A DNA stretch of 36,943 nt from Candidatus Poribacteria bacterium (lineage in GTDB: Bacteria; Poribacteria; WGA-4E; UBA9662). The stretch spans positions 1 through 36,943 of the forward strand of contig JAYGDX010000221.1 in NCBI GenBank assembly GCA_046582655.1. The letters run 5' to 3'. The notes under the pieces were generated by a model. The model ran no database searches. It saw only the letters and a program-made list of their open reading frames with translations, and was not told the origin of the DNA. The number at the start of each line of letters is the position of its first letter. Within the stretch, counting starts at the first letter, position 1. A program made the translations under genes and the position numbers. Positions 1-9,197 of the stretch are shown one piece after another.

Positions 1-985
1 GCTTCCTGCCATGGAAGAAGACTCCTCAGCCAATCGCCTGGGCTTGGCCAGATGGCTGGTAAATCCTGGTCATCCATTAACATCCAGAGTGACCGTCAAC
101 CGTTTCTGGCAACAGCTGTTTGGGACAGGCATAGTGGAGACATCAGAGGATTTTGGCAATCAGGGACAACGTCCCAGTCATCCCGAATTGTTGGATTGGC
201 TAGCTATGGAGTTTATTGAATCGGGCTGGGACGTTAAGCGGATGATGAAACTGATGTTGACTTCTGCCACCTATAGGCAATCAAGTCAAGTCAGGCCGGA
301 AGTTCTGGCGAGAGATCCGGAGAATCGTTTACTGTCACGAGGCCCGCGTTTTCGTCTGGATGCGGAAATGTTGCGTGACCAGGCCTTATCGGTCAGTGGT
401 TTATTGCGGGACAAGATAGGAGGTCCGAGTGTAAAACCGCCGCAACCTGATGGGCTCTGGTATGCCGTTGCAATTACAGGTTCCAATACGGCACGCTTTG
501 TTAAAGATGAAGGAGCGGAAAAGGTCCACCGTCGCAGTATGTACACCTTCTGGAAACGAACGTCACCGCCACCACAAATGAATATCTTGGACGCCCCATC
601 TCGAGAGACCTGTACAGTCAGGCGAGAACGGACCAACACTCCGCTGCAAGCCTTGATGCTGATGAACGATCCGCAATATGTGGAAGCAGCTAGAGCGTTT
701 GCGGAACGAGTAATAAAAGAAGGGGGGCAGACAGAAACGGACCGGCTGGCTTATGCCTTTGAGCTGGCGACAGCCCGCCAGCCGGATGAGGAGGAAGCCG
801 AAGCGTTATTGAGTACATTCCGCACTCATCTGGAAGAGTTCAATTCCAATCAGGAAGCGGCCCAATCGTTAATCCAGATTGGAGAATTACCAGCGGACGA
901 AGCGCTTGTACCAGCTGAATTGGCGGCCTGGACGATGTTAACCAATTTGCTTTTGAACCTTGACGAAGTTTTAACCAAGGGCTAA
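1..985 (+). CDS. DUF1553 (PSD1-type) domain protein, C-terminal part; 5' end lies outside the window
   Basis: The frame is open from base 2 (LPAMEED...). Motifs NRLGLARWL, RVTVNRFWQQLFGTGIV, DFGNQG..PSHPELLDWLA, RLDAEMLRDQAL, RRSMY and TNTPLQALMLMN are typical of the DUF1553 C-terminal domain. Confidence 0.9.
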   Translation, partial: LPAMEEDSSANRLGLARWLVNPGHPLTSRVTVNRFWQQLFGTGIVETSEDFGNQGQRPSHPELLDWLAMEFIESGWDVKRMMKLMLTSATYRQSSQVRPEVLARDPENRLLSRGPRFRLDAEMLRDQALSVSGLLRDKIGGPSVKPPQPDGLWYAVAITGSNTARFVKDEGAEKVHRRSMYTFWKRTSPPPQMNILDAPSRETCTVRRERTNTPLQALMLMNDPQYVEAARAFAERVIKEGGQTETDRLAYAFELATARQPDEEEAEALLSTFRTHLEEFNSNQEAAQSLIQIGELPADEALVPAELAAWTMLTNLLLNLDEVLTKG

Positions 986-1045
986 GGCAAAACTCACACA
1001 TGGGCTACACTTCGTAATCAGCATCTTTTTGCCTCTACAGCCGTT

Positions 1046-1159
1046 CTATGAGTCTAAAATCCAATTAAGCCAGGTTGAGGATTACTAAAGTTTCCGCTCA
1101 ACACTAGTAAGATAGGACCTCCAACCAGTGAAGACTCATAGTTGAGCAGAAACTTTGGT
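1046..1159. repeat. Two interleaved inverted repeats between convergent genes (possible bidirectional terminator or structured RNA)
   Basis: ACTAAAGTTTCCGCTCAAC (1084-1102) pairs with GTTGAGCAGAAACTTTGGT (1141-1159) at 17/19 Watson-Crick positions. CTATGAGTCT (1046-1055) is the exact reverse complement of AGACTCATAG (1132-1141). Confidence 0.7.
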
Positions 1160-1171
1160 TTAACATTCGCG

Positions 1172-2554
1172 TTATCCTCGATCCTTCAAGTCATACATGG
1201 CCATTATATAGGGATGATCTGGGTCATAATGGGTTAGTGTTTGCGGGTTATCAACTCGACCAACGGAGCGCAGGTTCTGTCCTTCAACTCCGGTGATCTG
1301 ATCGCCCAGATCCTGACGGCAGATGTCTAGTTTGGTCTCCAGTTCGTCCACAATCTCAGGATGCTGGTCGTAGACGTTGTTGGTTTCACCAATATCAGCT
1401 TCTAGGTCATAGAGTTGATTGATGGCCACAATCTGACGATCCGATGGACTAAAGGAGTAAGCGTGTAGTTTCCACTTGCCGCTGCGAACGGCCATCAGAT
1501 TGTGCAATCGATAGTAGAAAAAGGTGTCATTGGGTGAGGTTTCCCCCTCTTCATTTCTCATCAGAGCGCTAATATCCTTACCATCGATGATTCGATCCTT
1601 TGGCATCTCAGAGCCTCCTAGTTTAGCTAGTGTTGGACAGAGATCCATAGCCGTCACCATTTCGTGGCAGGTGGTTCCAGCTGGAATCTGAGAAGGCCAA
1701 CGCATCAAACAAGGAACACGCTGACCACCTTCCCAAGTTGTTCCTTTGTGACCCCGTAACGGACTGTTACTTCCCCCTTCTCCTCGTGCTCGCGACCCAT
1801 TGTCGCTGGTAAAAATGACCAACGTATTCTGGTCCAATCCCAATTGCTTCAATTCGTATAGTAAAACACCAACACTCCAGTCGATAGCTTGGACTGCTGC
1901 CCCATACCTACCATTCTTCGACTCGCGCATAAACCGGTCTGGCGGATAGATGGGAAGATGGACATACATGTGAGCAAAGTAAAGGAAGAAGGGTTGTTCA
2001 CGATTTGCACGCATAAAACGCACCGATTCTTCTACGTATCGTTCCGTGACAGAAGCCTGATCTGGCTGAGCCTGAATCACTTTTTCATCGAGCAGCAAAG
2101 GTAATGGTGGATAGGTATCTTTCTCACTTTGAATTCCCATATCGTTAGAGTAGGGAATACCATAATAGCTATCAAATCCATGACGGGTAGGCAGAAACTC
2201 CTTCTGATCACCACAGTGCCACTTACCAACGATTTTGGTAGCGTATTCCTTTTTCTTCAGTAGGGATGCAATGGTATTTTCATCCGGGTTAAGCCCTAGC
2301 GCATCTCCGGGAAAAAGCACCCATTTACCATCGAATTCAGCAAACCCAATGCGGGGCGGGTAACAACCAGTCAGCATAGCCCCACGAGAAGGAGAGCAAA
2401 CGGGAGAAGCCATATAGAAATCGGTAAAACGAATCCCTTCCGCCGCCATCTGATCCAGATATGGTGTTTGATTGATTTGAGAACCATAACAACCCAAGTC
2501 GCCATAGCCTAGGTCATCGCAGTTGATAAGAATGATATTGGGTTGATCAGTCAT
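1172..2554 (-). CDS. Formylglycine-dependent (S1) sulfatase, arylsulfatase A-like, no signal peptide
   Basis: Contains PNIILINCDDLGYGD, the CSPSRGAMLTG (CxPxR) signature, GKWH, FTSDNG and KGTTWEGGQRVP. The start is set at the second Met (MTDQPN), which has GGAG 6 nt upstream; the ORF track starts at 2566. Confidence 0.95.
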   Translation of the reverse strand: MTDQPNIILINCDDLGYGDLGCYGSQINQTPYLDQMAAEGIRFTDFYMASPVCSPSRGAMLTGCYPPRIGFAEFDGKWVLFPGDALGLNPDENTIASLLKKKEYATKIVGKWHCGDQKEFLPTRHGFDSYYGIPYSNDMGIQSEKDTYPPLPLLLDEKVIQAQPDQASVTERYVEESVRFMRANREQPFFLYFAHMYVHLPIYPPDRFMRESKNGRYGAAVQAIDWSVGVLLYELKQLGLDQNTLVIFTSDNGSRARGEGGSNSPLRGHKGTTWEGGQRVPCLMRWPSQIPAGTTCHEMVTAMDLCPTLAKLGGSEMPKDRIIDGKDISALMRNEEGETSPNDTFFYYRLHNLMAVRSGKWKLHAYSFSPSDRQIVAINQLYDLEADIGETNNVYDQHPEIVDELETKLDICRQDLGDQITGVEGQNLRSVGRVDNPQTLTHYDPDHPYIMAMYDLKDRG

Positions 2555-2751
2555 CAGGAACTCCATTCTTACTTAGTTGTTCGGATTTAAGTCATACTAA
2601 AACTATTCGTCAAATTTCACTTTCTTAAAAGAAACATCTAGGTCAGCTCTGACACTTACCCTTAAAACAGTTGTTGGGTAGTAGCCCAGATAGTTAAGAT
2701 CATTCTCGTCTCGCTTAAGATTTCAATTGCACATAGGCAATATAGAAGAAA

Positions 2752-3969
2752 CTAAGGACGGACAGCTGTCCCATCCGCCTTTCTATCAGGGATAAAGATA
2801 TGCGGACGATTTGCTTCTTCTTGGTTCAATAGCGCTTTCGCTTTCTGCTCGTCAATATCAATACCTAATCCCGGCTGGTCGTTAGCATAAAGATAGCCAT
2901 TTTCAATGATGCCGTGTCCGGGGAACGCATCCAATTCTTCAGGACTAAAGCTGTTTTCTTCCTGAATGCCAAAACTGGGGCTAGCCATATCTAAATGACA
3001 AGCCGCTATTTGGTTAACAGGATCATTGTCACCTCCCTCTTGCCAAGCAGTATGAACACCATGCCATTCGCACATGGTGGCAATCTTTCGACATTGAGTA
3101 ATACCAGCACCTTTGGATACCCGCACACGCACAAAATCGATCAAACGTTCGGTAATCAGTGGCATCCATTCGTGCGGGTTAATAAATAACTCTCCCATGG
3201 CTTGCGGTGTGGTACATTGCTCCCGAATTAAACGGAACCATTGAATATGTTCTGGAGGAAGAACATCTTCCAGAAAAAACAATCGATACGGCTCTAACAA
3301 TTTGGACAGTTGAACTGCGCATTGAGGTCTAAGGTGTTCGTGTACATCATGTGTTAGTTTAACTTGGAACCCAAGTTTTTGGCGTAAATAGTCAAACATG
3401 TTGGGAATGTTTTCCAAATATGATTCATCATCAAACACATGTCGGTTCACTGACCATGGATCCTTGGGTTGAGGAGCCGCATCAGCTTCGGAAAACCCAC
3501 CTCCACCATAACCACCGAGTTGACAACGAATTACTTGATATCCTTCCTCCATAAATGCTCGGATGGAATCTTCCAAAGCAGGCAACTCCGAACCACCTGC
3601 GTGAGCATAGCAAGGAACGGCAGACCGGCATGGACCACCTAAAAGCTGGTAGACCGGCATCCCTGCTTCCTTACCCTTGATGTCCCACAATGCCATATCA
3701 ATACCACCCAGTGCTGTGTTGAGGATAGACCCATTTCGCCAATAGCCGCTACTGTGAACACACTGCCAAATATCTTCAATGTGACTGGCCGGTCGATCAA
3801 TTAACATGGGAGCAATTGTTTCGACAGCCTTAATTACCGTTTCCGGATGATTAACATCACTAGCAGAACCGATGCCGTAAAGTCCGGGCTGGTCTGTTAT
3901 GATTTTGACGATCGTCCACATTCCATTTCGACGGGTGCGGATACATCGAACTTCTTTAATTTTAGCCAT
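2752..3969 (-). CDS. Enolase-superfamily sugar-acid dehydratase, mannonate dehydratase/RspA-like subgroup
   Basis: YWRNGSILNTALGGIDMALWDIKGK, metal ligands in HDVHE / FFLED / MGELF, and IQE and PGLGIDID near the C-terminus. Confidence 0.88.
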   Translation of the reverse strand: MAKIKEVRCIRTRRNGMWTIVKIITDQPGLYGIGSASDVNHPETVIKAVETIAPMLIDRPASHIEDIWQCVHSSGYWRNGSILNTALGGIDMALWDIKGKEAGMPVYQLLGGPCRSAVPCYAHAGGSELPALEDSIRAFMEEGYQVIRCQLGGYGGGGFSEADAAPQPKDPWSVNRHVFDDESYLENIPNMFDYLRQKLGFQVKLTHDVHEHLRPQCAVQLSKLLEPYRLFFLEDVLPPEHIQWFRLIREQCTTPQAMGELFINPHEWMPLITERLIDFVRVRVSKGAGITQCRKIATMCEWHGVHTAWQEGGDNDPVNQIAACHLDMASPSFGIQEENSFSPEELDAFPGHGIIENGYLYANDQPGLGIDIDEQKAKALLNQEEANRPHIFIPDRKADGTAVRP

Positions 3970-4078
3970 TTACTTTTCCTTATAAAGAGTTTACTGTCAT
4001 TTCCTAAATTAGCCGATAAAGTCACCATGATGTCAAGAAACTGGTGCGACTTCTAGAACTTTAATCTGATACCACAAG

Positions 4079-4849
4079 TCAATTGACACAATCTGGGTAG
4101 GTTTTCCCCTGAAGGTGCAAGTAGATTGGTCCTTCACCAGAACCGGTGTGCCGAGACTTAGCCGACATATAGGATAGGGCGATAGCCCGCCGCCATTTAC
4201 CGGACTTGTTAGGTGCCGTATAGTGTGGCAATAGGGAATGGAAGAAAACTCCACCTCCTGCCCTAACAGGAGCTAAAACGCCTTCAGAGAGATCACATTG
4301 CGAGGGATCGATGACGTAATCATCCGTTACTGATATGTGCGGCAAAGGGCCTTTCTTGTGCCAACCGGGTAACACTGCCAGACAACCATTTTCTGCTGTG
4401 GCATCGTCCAGTGTAAACCAACAGGAACATAAATTCATTGGTTCTATAGGCCAGTATGGTGAATCTTGATGCCAGCCTTTCTGAGATCCCACTTCCGGTG
4501 CTTTCATCAGCAGGGAGTTCCGAAACATCTTGAGGTCAGAACCCAAAATTTGTGAAATGATACCCACAATGTTGTGGCTCAATCCCAATTGACGGAACAA
4601 GTCATCTTCTTTCACCAAATTGTCTACTTTGCGAATGCCATCACCAGCATGTGTAACCTGCATTTCCTGGCGTTGAACACGCGGTTCAACTTGCATTCGG
4701 ATAGCACCTAAAGACCTACCGCCGTGAGTGTACTCTCGCAGACGGTTGCTGAGAGCTTCAACGGTCTGTTGTGACACCAAATCTTCCACCTCAATATAGC
4801 CATTCCGATCATAGCTTTTTAACTGATCTGCTGTTAACTGCATGGTCAT
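4079..4849 (-). CDS. Phytanoyl-CoA dioxygenase (PhyH) family Fe(II)/2-oxoglutarate dioxygenase
   Basis: YDRNGY N-terminus, WHQDSPYW (HxD), LDDATAENGCL..LPG.H, distal His in LPHYT, and RRA. Confidence 0.92.
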   Translation of the reverse strand: MTMQLTADQLKSYDRNGYIEVEDLVSQQTVEALSNRLREYTHGGRSLGAIRMQVEPRVQRQEMQVTHAGDGIRKVDNLVKEDDLFRQLGLSHNIVGIISQILGSDLKMFRNSLLMKAPEVGSQKGWHQDSPYWPIEPMNLCSCWFTLDDATAENGCLAVLPGWHKKGPLPHISVTDDYVIDPSQCDLSEGVLAPVRAGGGVFFHSLLPHYTAPNKSGKWRRAIALSYMSAKSRHTGSGEGPIYLHLQGKTYPDCVN

Positions 4850-4877
4850 CAGAACTGAACTCCCTTATTCTATTAAC

Positions 4878-5678
4878 CTATTTTGGTCCGGCGTTAGAAA
4901 ATAAATGTTGATCTGGCTGACGTTGACGACTGCCTCGAACCATTAACCCTGGCCGACTAAGACTCTGCCCTGCCGTCTGCTCATTCTCCGGATCACGATA
5001 ACCAATGCGCACTAGACGACGTCTCTTATCTGTTTGATTAAGATAAGATCCATGAATGGTATGGATGCTGAAACATACCACGTCACCGCGTTTGGCAGGC
5101 ACAGGAACGGAATCCACCAGTTTATATTGATCTGTGGGCAGATGTGGTGTGCATCCTGTACCATCTGGATTTTGGGTGATATGTTCTAGAGCTCCCACTT
5201 TATGTGAACTATCTAAAAAACGGATTTCCCCGTTTTCGTGGCAGGTATCGTCGAGATGCACCAACACATCTATGTAACGACCATCTTTATGTTTGTAAAA
5301 CGGCCAATCCTGGTGCATTGGGAAAGGTTGACCCGTTTGGGTGGGTTTGACGTGCATTGTGCTGTGATGTAGTTCAACATTGGATCCCAATAAACTGGCC
5401 ATTGCATTACAAAGCTCAGGATTAGTGACAGCTTTCATCCAAGCCTCCGAATAGAAATACAAATCATGCATAGCGATCAGCTTGGACTTTTTCTCCGTTT
5501 CTTCGTCCATGTACTCTTTCCGCCATGGTCCTGACCAGCCTAGAGTTTCGTTAGCCCATTCCTCGATTAGCCAGTCTAATTCCTTTGACAACTCGTCTGT
5601 TTCGTCTGCCGTAAAAACTTCGGGAATATGCAGGTAACCATGTTCCCAAAAGAATTCAACCTGTCCTTGATTTAACAT
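4878..5678 (-). CDS. PhyH-family dioxygenase
   Basis: FFWEHGY, MHQD, LDDTCHENG, SH, GDVVCF..TIHGS, RR. Confidence 0.92.
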   Translation of the reverse strand: MLNQGQVEFFWEHGYLHIPEVFTADETDELSKELDWLIEEWANETLGWSGPWRKEYMDEETEKKSKLIAMHDLYFYSEAWMKAVTNPELCNAMASLLGSNVELHHSTMHVKPTQTGQPFPMHQDWPFYKHKDGRYIDVLVHLDDTCHENGEIRFLDSSHKVGALEHITQNPDGTGCTPHLPTDQYKLVDSVPVPAKRGDVVCFSIHTIHGSYLNQTDKRRRLVRIGYRDPENEQTAGQSLSRPGLMVRGSRQRQPDQHLFSNAGPK

Positions 5679-5880
5679 AGTTAAGGCACCTCACTTATAT
5701 TTTGTGTGTTGACAATTATGATGATAGTTCTCTGAGAAGAAAACCTTTCCTGGCAAGCTAATGGATATCTTCCCATCTAGCAGAATTCGATTAGAAGGCA
5801 ATCTTATCAGAAATCAATTACGACAACAAGAAAAATGGAATGTGAATCATTTCGCCTGTCTATTCTGAGAGAGTGGGATC

Positions 5881-5909
5881 TTTACAGATCCTGTTTTATG
5901 TGGTAATTT
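5881..5909 (+). promoter_or_regulatory. Putative sigma70 promoter for the 5948 gene
   Basis: TTTACA-N17-TAATTT with a TG extended -10, 38 nt upstream of the ATG in the divergent intergenic region. Confidence 0.45.
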
Positions 5910-5947
5910 CAGATAAAGAATAAAAATATCTTTGAAATGGCGATCAG

Positions 5948-6940
5948 ATGGCAAATAACAGATCAACCGATTTACCGCAACCAACCAGAGACTTAAATAC
6001 GGCTATAGCAAACTTGAACGAATTTGGTTATTGTTTGGTGACTGACGCACTCAGTTCGGTAGAAACAGATGCCCTACGAATACGATTGATAGAACAAGCT
6101 ACTGCTGAAAAGCAGAAAGGACTGGCTTTTGAAGATGGTGGGCCACAGCAAAACTGGGGTGATTTTCGCGATGCTGAAGGACAGCTAAGGCCTCAAAGTT
6201 TCACTGAAGACGGTGGAGGGTGTAACCAGCGTGTTTGGATGCTGATTAACAAGGGAGAGATTTTCCAAACAGTGTTATTTAAACCAACAGTGCGTCAACT
6301 TGTCGAACATATTTTGGGCGAACATTACCTATTGTCAAGTCACACTGCCAACATTGCCAAACCAGGTGGCGTTTCCATGGATCTACACACTGACCAATGG
6401 TGGATGCCTACGCCAACTCGGCGGGATAGGTCTCCATTACCAATTGGTTCTATCACCCGAGCCCGATTCGATCAAGACGAGAACGGTTTGTCTAATATGG
6501 TGTCACCAGCTGTGGTGGTGAATGTCCTCTGGATGCTGGATGATTTTAGCGCGAAAAATGGCGGCACACGTCTGGTACCAGGCAGTCATCTGATTGGACG
6601 GCAGCCAGATAAAGAATTAGATCAAGATGTAGAAACAGTTGTGGCTGAGGGACCTGCAGGAACAGCATTAGTGATAGACGGCCGGATATGGCATGGGACA
6701 GGTGCAAATGTTAGTGAGAACTCTCGCTTTGCGGTGATAACTACATTTTGCGGACCTCAATTTCGACCTCAAGAGAACTTTACAGTCGGCACATCACTAG
6801 AGGTATTGGAAGATGCCTCACCCGATTTATTAGCTCTACTTGGGTTTAAGATATGGAATGCCTACGGTCGCATCGAAAGCCCATTGGCTGATTTTATCCA
6901 GCCTGGTCAAACTTCTTTGGGCGAAATGTGCCCTGAGTAA
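5948..6940 (+). CDS. PhyH-family dioxygenase
   Basis: LNEFGY, LHTDQ (HxD), WMLDDFS..NGGTRLVPGSH, GRIWHGTGAN, R..RPQEN. Confidence 0.92.
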   Translation: MANNRSTDLPQPTRDLNTAIANLNEFGYCLVTDALSSVETDALRIRLIEQATAEKQKGLAFEDGGPQQNWGDFRDAEGQLRPQSFTEDGGGCNQRVWMLINKGEIFQTVLFKPTVRQLVEHILGEHYLLSSHTANIAKPGGVSMDLHTDQWWMPTPTRRDRSPLPIGSITRARFDQDENGLSNMVSPAVVVNVLWMLDDFSAKNGGTRLVPGSHLIGRQPDKELDQDVETVVAEGPAGTALVIDGRIWHGTGANVSENSRFAVITTFCGPQFRPQENFTVGTSLEVLEDASPDLLALLGFKIWNAYGRIESPLADFIQPGQTSLGEMCPE

Positions 6941-6979
6941 AATCCCACACCTGGCGCAGCATAATGAGATAATTCGAGG

Positions 6980-8173
6980 ATGAGAGAACAAATGAAGATA
7001 ACTGGTATCAAAACCTACAAATTCTCTGTTCCCACGGGACAAAATATCCTCGATCCTCATACTGGACAATTACTTAGCAGCACAGCCAAACCCTGGTTAT
7101 TTCTGAAGGTCGAAACCAGCGAAGGAATCACCGGTTGGGGAGAAGGATCAGGAGAGTGGTTGGTTCCGTCTGTTGAAGCAACGCTTCACGAATGGTCAAG
7201 CCTGCTGGTTGACCAGAATCCGCTCAAAGTGACAGCTTTAACGGAAGACATTACCAATCGCATTCCTTGGAAAGGTGGTCCTGTCTTTGGTACAGCCATT
7301 GCCGCAATTAACATGGCACTGTATGACATCGCTGGCAAGACTTGGGGAGTCCCTGTACATACCATTCTTGGCGGACAAAGGCGAGACCAGCTTAGAGTAT
7401 ATTGCGGGGGCACCATTTTTCGTTCTCCGGAAGAAGCAGTTTCAGAAGCACACCGAGCCATTGATCAAGGATATGCTGGTATCAAAGGAAATCCGTTAGA
7501 AGACCGAACTTGGCCGATGGATATATCCGCAATCGAAAACTGCACACGTTGTGTCGCTGCCATTCGAGAGGCGGTTGGTTCAGAATTTGACATTTTGCTA
7601 GACGCCCATGGAAGCCCTACCCCAGAATTGAGCGTTGAGTTGGCCCGCAGAGTATCAGCTTACCAACCGTTATTTCTAGAAGAGCCGGTCAAGGTCGGTT
7701 CCTTGGAAGCCTTAATAGAAGTAAAACAAAAGAGTCCGGTGCCAATCGCTACTGGCGAGAAACTCTTTACTGTCAAAGACTTTTTACCCTTAATAAACCA
7801 ACGGGCCTGTGCTTTTCTGCAACCGGACACCGGTCACTGCTTTGGTATTACCACCATGATCGAGATTGCCAGAAGCGCAGAACAGGCACAGATGCTGATG
7901 GCACCGCATATGGCTGCAGGGCCAGTCTTGTACGCAGCAACTTTACAGGCTGATGCTGTGATGAACAATTTCTTGATACAAGAAACACACGGTTTTGCAG
8001 AGTTTAACCGTTGTGTCGAACATAACTGGATGATCAAAGACGGGTATATCAACATACCCCAAGATCCCGGTTTGGGAATCAACGTCAAGGAAGAGGATAT
8101 TAGCCAATTCAACTATGAACCCTTACCCTATCGCCAATACCGCCACTTAGACGGAAGTTGGAAAGGATGGTGA
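6980..8173 (+). CDS. Enolase-superfamily dehydratase, galactonate dehydratase (DgoD)-like
   Basis: WLFLKVETSEGITGWGE, INMALYDIAGK, LDAHG, FLEEP, ATGEKL, QPD, MAPH, IQE, PGLGI. The start may be 6992 (MKIT). Confidence 0.88.
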   Translation: MREQMKITGIKTYKFSVPTGQNILDPHTGQLLSSTAKPWLFLKVETSEGITGWGEGSGEWLVPSVEATLHEWSSLLVDQNPLKVTALTEDITNRIPWKGGPVFGTAIAAINMALYDIAGKTWGVPVHTILGGQRRDQLRVYCGGTIFRSPEEAVSEAHRAIDQGYAGIKGNPLEDRTWPMDISAIENCTRCVAAIREAVGSEFDILLDAHGSPTPELSVELARRVSAYQPLFLEEPVKVGSLEALIEVKQKSPVPIATGEKLFTVKDFLPLINQRACAFLQPDTGHCFGITTMIEIARSAEQAQMLMAPHMAAGPVLYAATLQADAVMNNFLIQETHGFAEFNRCVEHNWMIKDGYINIPQDPGLGINVKEEDISQFNYEPLPYRQYRHLDGSWKGW

Positions 8174-8195
8174 ATTTTACCGGTTTTTCGGAAAT

Positions 8196-8243
8196 TTTTG
8201 TTGACATTAATTTTGTTGACATTATGTTCAAAACTATTAAAAT
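8196..8243 (+). promoter_or_regulatory. Tandem duplicated TTGACA boxes, putative sigma70 promoter(s) for the LamG pair
   Basis: TTTTGTTGACATTA occurs at 8196-8209 and 8211-8224, giving TTGACA-N16-TATGTT and TTGACA-N16-TAAAAT. Confidence 0.55.
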
Positions 8244-8323
8244 AATATGTAATACATATCTTGGATCTGATTTAGATTTAAATGTATATGCATAATCAAT
8301 ATTATTCTGTCTGGAACAAAATC

Positions 8324-9094
8324 ATGCGGAAAAAGGCAAAGGTTTTTCTCGTTTTATCGTTTCTTTTTAGCACATTAATGCTGTGTCTCATGGCACAGGC
8401 AAGTTTGGATGATAAATCTCTGGTACTATATCTTTCTTTTGACGAAGGTAAAGGAAATAAAGCTGAGGATGGTTCTCAATACGGTCATGACGGCGAATTG
8501 GTCAAGAACCCAAAGTGGGTTGGTGGCAAGTTTGGTACAGCACTGGAGTTTGATGGAAACAAGGAGACTCACGTCAAAGTTCCAATCACAGATGCCCTGC
8601 AGCTAAGAGAGAAATTCTCAGCTGCATTTTGGGTCAAGCGGGGAAAACAAATACGAGACTGGAACTATATGATTGGCGGTGGCAGCTTGAAATGGCATGT
8701 CATTTTCCAGAACGCTACCAAAAAAACTTATCTTTGGACAAAATCGGGTGGAACTTGGGCGCAAAAAGCCATTTCGGATGATATTCAACCGGAAGATTGG
8801 GTGCATATAGCCGTTACTCATGATACGGGATCAAAGGTTATGATGTATTATAACGGCAAAAAATCTGGTGAAGGTCCCAAACCACCAAAAGTAGATGAAA
8901 TCGATGGTTCATTTATGGTTGGTGCCAGGCATCCTGGCGAGGAATTCTTCACTGGCGTTATTGATGAAGTTTATTTGTTTAACAGGATTATTTCAACAGA
9001 TGACATCACTAAAATAATAGCAGGCCCAACAGCAGTGCAACCAGTGGGAAAACTTACTACAACTTGGAGTAACATTAAAGCTAAAGAGGAATAG
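8324..9094 (+). CDS. Secreted LamG-like jellyroll (concanavalin A-like) domain protein
   Basis: Signal peptide MRKKAKVFLVLSFLF...AQA, then LVLYLSFDEG, GKFGTALEFDG, WVHIAVTHD, YYNG, FTGVIDEVYLFNR and the tail AVQPVGKLTTTWSNIKAKEE. The ORF track starts at 8282; 8324 fits the signal peptide better. Confidence 0.9.
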   Translation: MRKKAKVFLVLSFLFSTLMLCLMAQASLDDKSLVLYLSFDEGKGNKAEDGSQYGHDGELVKNPKWVGGKFGTALEFDGNKETHVKVPITDALQLREKFSAAFWVKRGKQIRDWNYMIGGGSLKWHVIFQNATKKTYLWTKSGGTWAQKAISDDIQPEDWVHIAVTHDTGSKVMMYYNGKKSGEGPKPPKVDEIDGSFMVGARHPGEEFFTGVIDEVYLFNRIISTDDITKIIAGPTAVQPVGKLTTTWSNIKAKEE

Positions 9095-9197
9095 AAAAAC
9101 TCAATTTAGCATTTAAAAATTTTCCATGTTAGCCTATCAGGTTAAGATTAAGTAAGGAATGTAACGAAGGCAATAATTTCAAAAAGGAGCGGGTATA

